Of a stretch of 64,000 nucleotides of DNA, positions 9,426-19,108 are shown piece after piece. A program made the translations under genes and the position numbers. Position 1 is the stretch's first letter, and every line of letters begins with the position of its first letter. This DNA is from an uncultured Gemmatimonadota bacterium (GTDB lineage Bacteria > JAAXHH01): positions 3,749,437-3,813,436 of the forward strand of contig OX638340.1 of the NCBI GenBank assembly GCA_951812955.1, read 5' to 3'. The notes beneath the pieces are model-generated. The model did not search any database, had not been told where the DNA came from, and saw nothing but the letters and a program-made list of their open reading frames with translations.

Positions 9426-10742
9426 ATGAACGTGCGCTCGATTACCCGCCATTTTCCACTGGTTCTGGTCCTGGCCGTGGTCGTGGGAGGACGTCCGGTT
9501 CTCGGCCAGCAGCTGGTTGACTATGTCGTGGCCGTCGTGGACAATGAGATCATTCTCTATTCCGATGTGATTGAAGCGGTAAAGATGTATAGAATGCAAC
9601 AGCTGGAGCAGGAACCCGAAGACCTCCCGGGCCATTTGCTGGACAACATGATCGATACGCGTGTCGTGCTCGCCTATGCCCGCCGGGACAGTGTCAGGGT
9701 ACCCGCCGAACAGATAAACGGCGCGGTCCGCCAGATCATCGACCAGTACACGGAACAACTCGGTTCCAATGAAGCCCTGGAACAACTGGTGACGAATTCC
9801 GGAATGACCATGCGGGACTGGAACCGGCTACTCAGGCGGCAGAAGGAGGAGGAACTTCTGCAGCGGAAGCTCGAGGAAGAACGTTTCGGCGAAGTCCGGG
9901 TGACCGGCCTGGAGGTCGCACGCTACTATGAGACCCATTACGACAGTATTCCGTCGAATCCCGTCATAATGGACTTGAGCCACATCATGATCTCCTCACT
10001 TCCGGACCCGGAAGTCGTAGCCTCATTGAATGCAAGGACCGAGGAGATCCGGCGCCGCATAGCGGACGGGGAGGACTTCGGCGAAATGGCACGGCGGTAT
10101 TCGGAAGATCTGAACAGCGCCACGAATGGCGGAGACCTGGGGTTCTTCGCACGCGGCACGTTCATGGCCGAATTCGAAGAAGCGGCTTTCGCCCTTGAAC
10201 CGGGCGAAATCAGCCCCCCGGTGCGGACGGACGTGGGTCTGCATATCATCAAGCTGGAAGAAAGGAATGAAGACCAGATCCGCGTGCGTCACATTCTGGT
10301 CCAGATCCCGAAGACTGATGAAGACGATCATCGTGCGCTGGAGACGATTTCCATACTGCGTCAGCGGATTCTCGACGGCGATGAGACCTTTTCCGAGGCC
10401 GCCACCAAGTACTCCGAAGACCTCGCCTCCGCTTCAGAAGGAGGCCGTATCGGTGAGTTCATGCGCGATCAGTTGCTGCCTCAATACCAGGCCGCACTGG
10501 ATACCATATCCGTCAACGAGTTGACCGAACCGATCAGGGTGGTGGACCAGGATAACATCTCCTACCACATCATGATGCTGAACGACAGAACCGGCGGCGA
10601 CAAGCTTACCCTGGACGAACATTTCCAGCAAATCACATATCTTGCCAAACAGGCCAAGTGGAATCGGGAAAGGGAACGCTGGCTCGGGGACCTCAGGCAC
10701 GAGTTGTATATCGACGAACGTGGTCTGGAGGCCCTGCCCTGA
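9426..10742 (+). CDS. surA: Chaperone SurA-like peptidyl-prolyl isomerase with two parvulin domains
   Basis: 438 aa, signal peptide, two PpiC domains (NGGDLGFFARG..., EGGRIGEFMRD...). Confidence 0.7.
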   Translation: MNVRSITRHFPLVLVLAVVVGGRPVLGQQLVDYVVAVVDNEIILYSDVIEAVKMYRMQQLEQEPEDLPGHLLDNMIDTRVVLAYARRDSVRVPAEQINGAVRQIIDQYTEQLGSNEALEQLVTNSGMTMRDWNRLLRRQKEEELLQRKLEEERFGEVRVTGLEVARYYETHYDSIPSNPVIMDLSHIMISSLPDPEVVASLNARTEEIRRRIADGEDFGEMARRYSEDLNSATNGGDLGFFARGTFMAEFEEAAFALEPGEISPPVRTDVGLHIIKLEERNEDQIRVRHILVQIPKTDEDDHRALETISILRQRILDGDETFSEAATKYSEDLASASEGGRIGEFMRDQLLPQYQAALDTISVNELTEPIRVVDQDNISYHIMMLNDRTGGDKLTLDEHFQQITYLAKQAKWNRERERWLGDLRHELYIDERGLEALP

Positions 10743-10775
10743 GCAGTGATCCCCGGCGCTCGCATACCTGATGAT

Positions 10776-11087
10776 ATGAGAATAGATCAGTTTCTGAAAC
10801 GGTCCCGCATCATCAAACAACGGGATGCCGCCAAGAAGGCCTGCGACCGGGGCATGATTACCATCTCCGGAAGATCCGCGAAACCCGGCCACCAGGTCGC
10901 GGCGAAGGACATCGTCGTCGTGGAGTGGCCCGACAGACGGCTGGAGTTCGAAGTGTTGGACGTCCCGGACGGGAACGTGTCGAAAGAAAAAGCACTGTCC
11001 CTGTACCACGTGCTCAGCGATGAACAATCCAGCGATGAACGACCCAGCGATGAACAATCCAGCGATGAACGTCCCAGCGATGAATGA
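10776..11087 (+). CDS. S4-domain RNA-binding protein (Hsp15/YaaA-like) with repetitive acidic/serine C-terminal tail
   Basis: MRIDQFLKRSRIIKQRDAAKKACDRGMITISG = S4 fold. C-terminus SDEQSSDERPSDEQSSDERPSDE is encoded by a 12-bp tandem DNA repeat. Confidence 0.6.
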   Translation: MRIDQFLKRSRIIKQRDAAKKACDRGMITISGRSAKPGHQVAAKDIVVVEWPDRRLEFEVLDVPDGNVSKEKALSLYHVLSDEQSSDERPSDEQSSDERPSDE

Positions 11088-11147
11088 CCTGGCGATCATT
11101 CTGCAGGGATCGAAGCACGGTGAACGCGCGCCGGGGCCCAGAGTCCG

Positions 11148-11930
11148 GTGAGCAAGCGCCCCAGGAAGACCCTCCCGGCTGATTTCGAGCTTCCCTACAG
11201 CCAGTTGGCCCAGGTATACGATCACGTGATGCGCCACGTGGACTATATCCGGTGGGCCGACTATATCCAGTCGGTATTTACACGGTTCGAGGCGACGCCG
11301 AAGGACGTACTCGAACTGGCCTGCGGGACCGGGGCCATGGCGTGTATCCTCGATGACCGAGGATACCGGATGACGGGCATAGACCGGTCGGAGAGCATGA
11401 TCGCCGTCGCGAAGCAGAAATCCGTTGATGCGAGCCGGGCCATCCGCTTCCAGGTAGGCGACATGGTCCGCATGCCAGTACCGGGATCCTTCGATGCGGT
11501 GCTATGCCTGTACGATAGCCTCAACTACGTCGTGGACGAGGCGGACATCGCCGCGATGCTGAATGGGTTGCGCCGTGTTTTGAACGCAGGCGGCCTGTTC
11601 GTATTCGACGTATGTACGGAGATCAATTCGCGCAGGTACTTCCATAACCAGGTCGACCAGGAAAGCAAAGGGGATTTCTCCTACGTCCGGCGTTGCGAGT
11701 ACGTCCCCGAGACGCGCATACAGGTCAACGAATTCCAGTTTACTTTCAACCGCGAAGGAAAGCGGTATTCCACCCGGGAACGCCACGAGCAACGGATATA
11801 TCCAGTAGCCCGGCTCGAGGAAATCTGCCAGGAGTCGGGTTACCACGTACTCGGCGCTTTCGACGGTTTCAGTTTCGAAGAAGCGTCGGAGAAATCCAAC
11901 AGGGTCCATTACGTGGTCCGTCCCGTCTAA
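11148..11930 (+). CDS. Class I SAM-dependent methyltransferase
   Basis: Motif I VLELACGTG plus DxxxxM motif; 260 aa. Confidence 0.7.
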   Translation: MSKRPRKTLPADFELPYSQLAQVYDHVMRHVDYIRWADYIQSVFTRFEATPKDVLELACGTGAMACILDDRGYRMTGIDRSESMIAVAKQKSVDASRAIRFQVGDMVRMPVPGSFDAVLCLYDSLNYVVDEADIAAMLNGLRRVLNAGGLFVFDVCTEINSRRYFHNQVDQESKGDFSYVRRCEYVPETRIQVNEFQFTFNREGKRYSTRERHEQRIYPVARLEEICQESGYHVLGAFDGFSFEEASEKSNRVHYVVRPV

Positions 11931-11944
11931 CCGAACCTTCCCAT

Positions 11945-13183
11945 ATGGCATTCGATCGCGTTGTAGGCCACGACAGACAGCGGCAGCGGCTCATGAATGC
12001 CGTAGCGCAGGACCGCCTGGCCCACGGGTACCTGTTCTGCGGACCGCCGGGCGTTGGCGCCGAAGCATTGGCCATTGAACTCGCGTGCGCGGTCAACTGC
12101 GAAAGCGGACCCGGGGAACCTTGCGGGCAGTGCCGGCACTGCCGGCGGATTCGCGCGCTTCAGCATCCCGATTTACACCTGCTGGTGCCTTCTTCATCCG
12201 CCCCGCCGCCGGACCGTCCATCCGGCCGTGGCGAGGGTTCGTCCAGCCGCGGCGACGCCCGGCAGGAACGGAGGATGGGCCTGGCCTTCCAGCTGGCGGA
12301 CGACCCCTACGCCGCTCTGCCGTTCGGTTCGAACGACATCCTTTCCGTGGACGACGTCCGGTCGCTTCGTAAAGATGCGTCCGCCAAGCCCTTCGAAGGA
12401 CGGAGGAAGGTCGCGGTTATCGTGGCCGCGGACCGGATGAACACCGCCGCTTCGAACGCGCTGCTCAAGACGCTGGAAGAGCCGCCGGGAAGCCTGATGC
12501 TCATACTGACCGCATCCCGCTCCCAGCGGCTGCCGCCGACCATCGTGTCACGCTGCCAACCCGTTTTTCTGGCGCGCCTGCGGGAAGCCGATGTAAAGGC
12601 GGCGCTTATCGAGCGGTATGACATTGATCCCGAGGAGGCCGGAGATCTCGCCCGCAGGTCTGAAGGCCGCCTTTCCGAGGCACTTACGGCGAGATCCGAG
12701 CGGGGGGCGGGGCTCAGGGAGGAAGCCTTCATCCTGCTTGAATGCATTTACGACGCAACACCGCTGCGATTGTTCGAACAGGTGGAATCGCTGGCCGCCT
12801 CGCACCGGGACGAACCGGTCATGGACAAGATCCTGGATCATCTGTTGGCGTTGTACCGCGATCTGTTTATCCTCGACACCACAGGCGGTTCCTCCACGCT
12901 CTCGTACACCGAACGCGTCGACGCCCTGCGTGCGCTGGCTTCCGGGATGGACCTCGAAGATATCGAGAACGGCATAGCCGCCATCGAAGAAGCCAGGCGG
13001 GACATCGCGCGGAACGCCCACGTGCAGCTGGCCCTCCTCGTACTTGTCCTCAGACTCAGACTGAAACGAGGATCTGAAGCCTCGCGCCAGTCGCCTTCGC
13101 ATCAGACGCCTTCGCGCCAGTCGCCTTCGCGCCGGACGCCTTCCGATGAAACACCGCCCCATGCCTTGCCCGCCGCGGATTGA
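11945..13183 (+). CDS. holB: DNA polymerase III subunit delta' with extended low-complexity C-terminal tail
   Basis: From MAFDRVVGHD: Walker-like GPPGVGAE, zinc module CxxC...CxxC, SRC-like region. Track ORF 11693 overlaps the methyltransferase and was trimmed. C-terminus SRQSPS repeats. Confidence 0.75.
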   Translation: MAFDRVVGHDRQRQRLMNAVAQDRLAHGYLFCGPPGVGAEALAIELACAVNCESGPGEPCGQCRHCRRIRALQHPDLHLLVPSSSAPPPDRPSGRGEGSSSRGDARQERRMGLAFQLADDPYAALPFGSNDILSVDDVRSLRKDASAKPFEGRRKVAVIVAADRMNTAASNALLKTLEEPPGSLMLILTASRSQRLPPTIVSRCQPVFLARLREADVKAALIERYDIDPEEAGDLARRSEGRLSEALTARSERGAGLREEAFILLECIYDATPLRLFEQVESLAASHRDEPVMDKILDHLLALYRDLFILDTTGGSSTLSYTERVDALRALASGMDLEDIENGIAAIEEARRDIARNAHVQLALLVLVLRLRLKRGSEASRQSPSHQTPSRQSPSRRTPSDETPPHALPAAD

Positions 13184-13189
13184 TCCGTT

Positions 13190-13218
13190 GACAAACCGCC
13201 CTCAACACGCTATCCTGA
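13190..13218 (+). promoter_or_regulatory. Candidate sigma70-like promoter upstream of metG (TTGACA-17nt-TATCCT)
   Basis: Read in the holB-metG intergenic region. Confidence 0.3.
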
Positions 13219-13273
13219 TGCTGGAATCAACAGGGTTCGTCCGGCATAGAACGACCACGCCTGTGAGGGAGTC

Positions 13274-15340
13274 TTGGCAGAGAAAATACTCGTAACCGAC
13301 GCGTTACCCTACGCGAACGGCAAATTGCACATCGGCCACATCGCCGGCGTCCATCTGCCCGGCAATATCTACGTGCGCTACCAGCGTTTGAAAGGCCGGG
13401 ATGTGGTACACGTCAGCGGATCGGACGATCACGGCGTGGCCATCACCCTGGCCGCCGAGAAGGAAGGCACAACCCCCAAGGAACTCGTCGACAGGTACTA
13501 TCCCGTCATCAAGGGCGCCCTCGAAGACTTCGGCATCATCTACGACAATTTCTCGCAGACTTCGCGGCCGATCCACCATGAAACGGCCCAGGCCTACTTC
13601 CGCCGCCTGGAGGAGAAGGGCTGTTTTGAAGTCAGGGAAGTTAACCAGATCTACTGTCCGGCCAACGACCGCTTTTTGCCCGACCGCTATGTGGAAGGCA
13701 CGTGCCCCCACTGCGGATCCGACCGCGCGCGAGGAGATCAGTGCGAGGCCTGCGGCACCATTCTGGACGCCACACAGCTGATAGACCCTCGCAGCGAGTT
13801 CTGCAACGGGCCGCTCGAGGTGCGTCCGGTGATCCACTGGTATTTCAAACTTGCCCGCATGTCGTCCCGTCTGCAGGAATGGATCGGCACGAAGAAGCAC
13901 TGGAAGCCCAACGTGCGCAATTACTGCCAGGGCTGGTTCAACGAGGGATTGTCCGACCGCCCCATCTCCCGCGACCTGAACTGGGGTGTGGCGCTGCCGA
14001 CGGAGGAAGCGGTGGGCAAGGTCATGTACGTCTGGTTCGAAAACACGCTGGGCTACGTGTCGTCCACCCGGGAATGGGCGGTTGACCAGGGCGATCCCGA
14101 CAGGTGGAAGGACTACTGGCTGAATCCGGACTGCAAACTCGTCAATTTCCTCGGCAAGGACAACATCGTCTTTCACGCGATCCTTTGGCCGGCCATGATC
14201 ATGGAACACGGTGATTTCGTCCTGCCCTCGGAGATACCGGCCAACGAGTTCCTCAACATCGAGGGCCAGAAACTGTCCACGAGCCGGAACTGGGCAGTCT
14301 GGCTCGACGAGTACCTGGCGGACTTCCCGCCAGATCCCATGCGGTACTGCCTGGCGTCTATTTCGCCAGAGACGAAGGACGCCGATTTCACCTGGAAGGA
14401 CTTCCAGGCGCGCAACAACAACGAACTGGCCGATATTTTCGGGAATTTCGTGAACCGCACACTGACTTTCATCAAACGGTATTTCGACGGCGTGATCCCG
14501 GAGCCGGGAACCTTTTCGCCGGAGGACCGGGAGATGCTGTCGACCGTTTCCGGTGCTCCTACCCGGATAGGCGAGTGCTTCGAAACCTTCCAGGTAAGGC
14601 GGGCCGTCCGTGAACTGATCGCCCTCGGAAACCATTCCAACCGGTACTTCAACGATCAGGCGCCATGGAATACCCGAAAGACCGACCGCGCCCGTTGCGC
14701 CGCCACGCTCCACGTGTGCGTGCAGGCGGTCAGGGTCCTCGCCCTGGTCATGTCGCCTATTCTGCCGTTCAGCGCCGAAAGACTGTGGAAGATGACGGGT
14801 CTGGAAGGCCGCGTCGATGAGCAGAATTGGGACGAAATCGATATAGATGGATCGCTTTCCGGCAGGACGATTGGCAAGGTCGAAATCCTGTTCCGCAAGA
14901 TCGAGGACGATGAGATCGACGCGCAGATCGCGAAACTGGGCAAATCCGTCGCCCGGGGTGACGGGAAAACGGATTCCGGGGAGGCGTTGGAGTCCGCCGG
15001 AACGGACAATAACGAACTCATATCATTCGACGCGTTCCGCCAGATCGATTTGCGCATCGCGGACGTCGTGGCGGCCGAGCCGGTTCCCGGTACGGACCGC
15101 CTGCTCAGGCTGCAACTGCGCATCGGAGAGGACGAGAGGCAGATCGTGGCCGGCATCGCTCCGAAATATACGCCGGAGGCGATGGTCGGGCGACAGATTG
15201 TAGTGGTGGCGAACCTGGAGCCCGCGAATATCCGGGGCGTGGAATCCAGGGGTATGCTGCTCGCGGCCGCAGACGACGACGGCGCGCCCATACTCCTCGG
15301 TCCGGATGTCAGAGTTCAGTCCGGTTCGTCGGTTAACTGA
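13274..15340 (+). CDS. metG: Methionine--tRNA ligase (with C-terminal EMAP/tRNA-binding domain)
   Basis: HIGH-like HIGH(I)AG, zinc knuckle CPHCGS...CEACG, KMSKS variant KLSTSRN, C-terminal tRNA-binding domain. 688 aa. Confidence 0.95.
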   Translation: MAEKILVTDALPYANGKLHIGHIAGVHLPGNIYVRYQRLKGRDVVHVSGSDDHGVAITLAAEKEGTTPKELVDRYYPVIKGALEDFGIIYDNFSQTSRPIHHETAQAYFRRLEEKGCFEVREVNQIYCPANDRFLPDRYVEGTCPHCGSDRARGDQCEACGTILDATQLIDPRSEFCNGPLEVRPVIHWYFKLARMSSRLQEWIGTKKHWKPNVRNYCQGWFNEGLSDRPISRDLNWGVALPTEEAVGKVMYVWFENTLGYVSSTREWAVDQGDPDRWKDYWLNPDCKLVNFLGKDNIVFHAILWPAMIMEHGDFVLPSEIPANEFLNIEGQKLSTSRNWAVWLDEYLADFPPDPMRYCLASISPETKDADFTWKDFQARNNNELADIFGNFVNRTLTFIKRYFDGVIPEPGTFSPEDREMLSTVSGAPTRIGECFETFQVRRAVRELIALGNHSNRYFNDQAPWNTRKTDRARCAATLHVCVQAVRVLALVMSPILPFSAERLWKMTGLEGRVDEQNWDEIDIDGSLSGRTIGKVEILFRKIEDDEIDAQIAKLGKSVARGDGKTDSGEALESAGTDNNELISFDAFRQIDLRIADVVAAEPVPGTDRLLRLQLRIGEDERQIVAGIAPKYTPEAMVGRQIVVVANLEPANIRGVESRGMLLAAADDDGAPILLGPDVRVQSGSSVN

Positions 15341-15412
15341 GACCCGGCACGCCGGTCCCGGCCGGCCGCGCGGAACGGATATCACACGGTAAACCCGCAA
15401 CCAGACACTGCC

Positions 15413-16177
15413 TTGCTGTTCGATACCCATACCCATCTCACGGCTGAAGCATTCGATCATGACCGCGATGACGTGATCCAACGTGCGCTCGACGCGGGCG
15501 TGGATGGCATGATCGCCGTAGGGTACGACTTAGGCAGCAGCAGGGCCGCCGTGGCCCTCGCCGAGCGATGCGACTCCGTGTACGCCGCCGCGGGCATCCA
15601 TCCCTGCCACGTCCACGAAGCAAGCGAAGCGGACTTCGGGGAAATCGAGAAACTGCTGGAACATCCTTCCGTCGTCGGCGTGGGCGAAACCGGCATCGAC
15701 CTGTATCACGACCGATCCACGGGCCCACGGCAGCGGGCGTCGTTCATAAGGCACATGGAATGGGGCCGGAGCACCGGCCTGCCGGTTATTGTGCACGACC
15801 GGGACGCCCATGCCGAAGTCATGGGCGTGTTGGACGAGTTCTCCGGTGATGAAACGACAGCGATCCTGCACTGCTTCACCGGGGACGCCGCCATGGCCGA
15901 AAAGGCCGTTTCCATGGGATGTTTCCTGGGGTTCGGCGGCATCGCCACGTTCAAGAATTCGGCGGCCCGCGAGGTGGTCTCCGGGTTGCCGAAGGATTGC
16001 ATCCTGATCGAAACGGACGCGCCTTACCTTGCGCCCGTGCCCCACCGTGGACGCCGGAACGAACCGTCCTACCTAGTAAAAACGGCCGAAGCGGTTGCCT
16101 GTCACCGCGCCGTGACTATGGATGAACTGGCGCGGACCACAACCCAGAACGCGAAAAAGGTGTTTCGAATCCATTGA
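15413..16177 (+). CDS. TatD-family metal-dependent hydrolase/DNase
   Basis: MLFDTHTHL... TatD signature; 254 aa; conserved metG-tatD linkage. Confidence 0.85.
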   Translation: MLFDTHTHLTAEAFDHDRDDVIQRALDAGVDGMIAVGYDLGSSRAAVALAERCDSVYAAAGIHPCHVHEASEADFGEIEKLLEHPSVVGVGETGIDLYHDRSTGPRQRASFIRHMEWGRSTGLPVIVHDRDAHAEVMGVLDEFSGDETTAILHCFTGDAAMAEKAVSMGCFLGFGGIATFKNSAAREVVSGLPKDCILIETDAPYLAPVPHRGRRNEPSYLVKTAEAVACHRAVTMDELARTTTQNAKKVFRIH

Positions 16178-17046
16178 GTACGGTACTCGATCCTCCCGAA
16201 GACCTGCTGGCCGGCCTGCGCAAATCGAATTTCCGCCCATCGCGGTCGAGGGGCCAGCACTTCCTGAACGATTCGTCCATCGCCCGCCGCATCGTCGAGG
16301 CGGCGGGGGTCACGCGACACACGCCCGTCCTTGAAATAGGACCGGGGACCGGCGCGTTGACGCGGCACCTCGTCAACCGGGCCCGCGGAGTAACGGCCGT
16401 GGAAATCGATGCCGAACTTGCACGAGCCCTTCAGACGGCCTATGGAGGCTACGACCACCTGACCATCATGAACCGGGACGTGCTCGATCTGGATCTGTCC
16501 GAACTGATGAATGCATACGGCGACCCCGGGTTCGTGCTCGTGGCCAACCTGCCCTACGGAATCACGGGACCCGTCCTTGAACGGCTGATCGACCATCGAG
16601 ACAAGATCAGGCGCGCGGTCCTCATGGTTCAGCACGAAGTGGGTGGTCGACTTGCGGCGCATCCGGGTACGAAAGCCTATGGCGCGGTAACCGCCATCAT
16701 GGCATACCATTACGGTGTGGAATCGCTGTTCCGCGTGGGCGGCGATCGATTCGTTCCCCGTCCGGCCGTGGATTCGGTCGTCCTCCGGTTGACGCCCCAT
16801 GAACGCCCTCCCGTCTCGGTCAGGGACGCCGGCTTGTTGATTGTCGTGATCAAGGCGGCCTTTCAACATCGACGCAAGATGCTGCACCACGCAATGAATC
16901 GATTGGCTCCCGGTTCCGCCGGCTATCTTTCAGATCATACCGGGATCAACCTGAAACGACGCGGGGAAACCCTGGACCTGAACGAGTTCGCGGCGCTCTC
17001 CAATGCGCTCTGTGAATACAGGGACAACCGCGAAGACGAAACCTGA
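16174..17046 (+). CDS. rsmA: 16S rRNA (adenine1518/1519-N6)-dimethyltransferase KsgA/RsmA
   Basis: RGQHFLND, EIGPGTGALT, NLPY motifs. Apparent TTG start overlapping the tatD stop. Confidence 0.85.
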   Translation: MSTVLDPPEDLLAGLRKSNFRPSRSRGQHFLNDSSIARRIVEAAGVTRHTPVLEIGPGTGALTRHLVNRARGVTAVEIDAELARALQTAYGGYDHLTIMNRDVLDLDLSELMNAYGDPGFVLVANLPYGITGPVLERLIDHRDKIRRAVLMVQHEVGGRLAAHPGTKAYGAVTAIMAYHYGVESLFRVGGDRFVPRPAVDSVVLRLTPHERPPVSVRDAGLLIVVIKAAFQHRRKMLHHAMNRLAPGSAGYLSDHTGINLKRRGETLDLNEFAALSNALCEYRDNREDET

Positions 17047-17056
17047 CGGATTCACC

Positions 17057-18283
17057 ATGCGCTTTCGCTATTCACGTAATGCCAGAACGCGGTTGATGGA
17101 CAGGAAGAAACAACGGCGGGCCTACCTCCTCTACGCCGTGCTGGGGACAGCCGTATTCGTCCTGCTTGCCCTCGCCATGTGGATCGCGCTGTACGAAAAT
17201 CAAGCAAGGTCGGTCGTGAACTGGTTGCTGGACCGGCCCATCGCGATTGCCTCGTCCGAATACGAACGCACGGCCGCCTGGAAATCCGGCCAGCAGGCGT
17301 ACCAGACTTTGGATACGGCCCTCTACGGTGCATTTTTAAACCTGCAGGTCACACCGGGCAGGACACGGGAAACGAAACCGCGCGCTCCGTTGGGCGACAG
17401 CCGTTGGACGCCCGTAGAGCGCCGAATCACCGTTTCGGGCGCGTATTCGCTTACGGAGTGCAATCTCGAGATCGCCAGTGCGGTCACGCGGGTGGGCGGA
17501 ACGGTTATCCGCGCGGAGGAACGGTCTAGGTCCGGGGAATTGTCGCTTGAGATCGGCCACGGCGGCATGGTTACGCATCGACTGCACGTCACCCGCGACC
17601 CGAACCTCCAGCGAAGAACGGGCCGTCTGGCGGTCGTAATCGCCTATTCGGATGGCAATCAACGGGGAGTGGTCGAGAAATTGTCGGAGTTCACCCGTCC
17701 CATCACCTTCGCCCTGCTGCCCTGGGCGAATGGAGTGGACGATATCGCTGCCGAGATCACGGGCGGCGATCACGAGGTGATTGCTCTGCTACCCATTCAA
17801 CCGAAGTCGTTCACCCGGAATATACCGCGGCGGAGATCCGTGTTGTCAGCTCATTCGGAATCGGCCAATCGACGCATCGTGAAAGACGCCCTCGCATCCA
17901 TTCCCAGGGCCCGGGGCGCGCTGCGGCACCCTGTCGGCCGCGTGGAAATGGATGCCGAGGTGCTGGCCCCCGTGATGGACGAACTGGGCGAGCGGGACTT
18001 GTATTTACTGGACAACCCGGGTAACACGGATACCTCGGGAGCGCCGGATGATTGGGACGGCCGCGGCCGGCTTCGGATCTGGGGCGTACTCGATTCCGTC
18101 TACAACCCCGTGGTCATTTCAATGAACCTTGACCGCGCGTCACTCTCCGCACTGGACAACACGCGCGCCGTTGTAATCGCCGATGCCAGGCCCCATGCCC
18201 TGGAGGTGCTGGAAAATAGGATGGCGCATCTTGAACTCAGAGGTATAGAGTTCGTAACGGTTTCCGACCTCGTTGACAACTGA
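17057..18283 (+). CDS. Divergent polysaccharide deacetylase family protein (YibQ-like)
   Basis: N-terminal transmembrane anchor then LAVVIAY.../FALLPW... regions typical of YibQ-type divergent polysaccharide deacetylases. Start uncertain (17003/17057/17096). Confidence 0.5.
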   Translation: MRFRYSRNARTRLMDRKKQRRAYLLYAVLGTAVFVLLALAMWIALYENQARSVVNWLLDRPIAIASSEYERTAAWKSGQQAYQTLDTALYGAFLNLQVTPGRTRETKPRAPLGDSRWTPVERRITVSGAYSLTECNLEIASAVTRVGGTVIRAEERSRSGELSLEIGHGGMVTHRLHVTRDPNLQRRTGRLAVVIAYSDGNQRGVVEKLSEFTRPITFALLPWANGVDDIAAEITGGDHEVIALLPIQPKSFTRNIPRRRSVLSAHSESANRRIVKDALASIPRARGALRHPVGRVEMDAEVLAPVMDELGERDLYLLDNPGNTDTSGAPDDWDGRGRLRIWGVLDSVYNPVVISMNLDRASLSALDNTRAVVIADARPHALEVLENRMAHLELRGIEFVTVSDLVDN

Positions 18284-18298
18284 CACCGGAGCTTCCCC

Positions 18299-19057
18299 AT
18301 GGTAAAACTGAGTATATGCATAGACCAGGTCGCCGCCTTGCGGAACATCGCGAACCGGGGAGAACCCGACCCCATGACCGCGGTCATGATGTCCCAGGTG
18401 AGTGGGGCGGACGCTGTAACGATCTCGTGGACGTCCGATGCATCGCTCTACCAGCGGGGGGAGTACGACATCGTCAGGCAACTCGTGCACACGCACCTGA
18501 ACGTGATCGCGCCGCCGGACCTGGAACTCCTGCAGAGTATCTTGACGATTTCTCCCGATATGGTTACCCTTGTTCCCGAGGGTTACGGGCATGCCGGTCT
18601 GAACAACGACTGGTTCGACTCGTCCTGGCCTGAAGCCGATACCCTGGAACGGCCGACGGAACGCATGACAAAGGCCCTGCAGGATAACGGGATCCTGACG
18701 AATGTACTGATCAGGCCCACCGCGACACACGTCCGGCAATGCGCCGAAATCAAGGCGGACTACGTACATATCGACGCAAGCGGTTACGTTCAGGCTGCCG
18801 ATCCCGAAGAGCGGAGCCGCAATTACCAGGAAATGGCCGGCGTGGCCAAGACCGCGGCGCGGTTGAATATGGGCGTTTCCGTAGGACGCGGCATTGAATA
18901 TCGGACGGCGGGGGAATTGGCGGGCATCGCGGAGGTGGAGGAAATGGTGGTGGGCTATGCCGTTGCCGTGCGGGCAATGACCGTGGGATACGAGCGGGCA
19001 GTCCGCGACCTGGTCGACATTATCCGCCATGCGCCAGGGTCCCAGGGGGACTGGTAG
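18299..19057 (+). CDS. pdxJ: Pyridoxine 5'-phosphate synthase
   Basis: 252 aa, LSICIDQVAALRNIANRGEPDP N-terminus characteristic of PdxJ. Confidence 0.85.
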   Translation: MVKLSICIDQVAALRNIANRGEPDPMTAVMMSQVSGADAVTISWTSDASLYQRGEYDIVRQLVHTHLNVIAPPDLELLQSILTISPDMVTLVPEGYGHAGLNNDWFDSSWPEADTLERPTERMTKALQDNGILTNVLIRPTATHVRQCAEIKADYVHIDASGYVQAADPEERSRNYQEMAGVAKTAARLNMGVSVGRGIEYRTAGELAGIAEVEEMVVGYAVAVRAMTVGYERAVRDLVDIIRHAPGSQGDW

Positions 19058-19108
19058 ACATTCCGACAGCGTTACACTAACCGCGGTACCGAAAGGAACA
19101 GCACTATC

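Noticed and set aside
10434-11237. 267-aa minus-strand ORF with FIAG-repeats
   Set aside because: Antisense reading of the S4-protein tandem repeat and of surA and the methyltransferase; overlaps three well-supported plus-strand genes; typical high-GC antisense ORF.
11693-11944. N-terminal 84-aa extension of the holB track ORF overlapping the methyltransferase gene
   Set aside because: Overlaps the 3' end of a well-supported gene in another frame; the conserved delta' N-terminus begins at MAFDRVVGHD.
13304-14713. 469-aa minus-strand ORF inside metG
   Set aside because: Antisense shadow ORF; metG motifs unambiguous on the plus strand.
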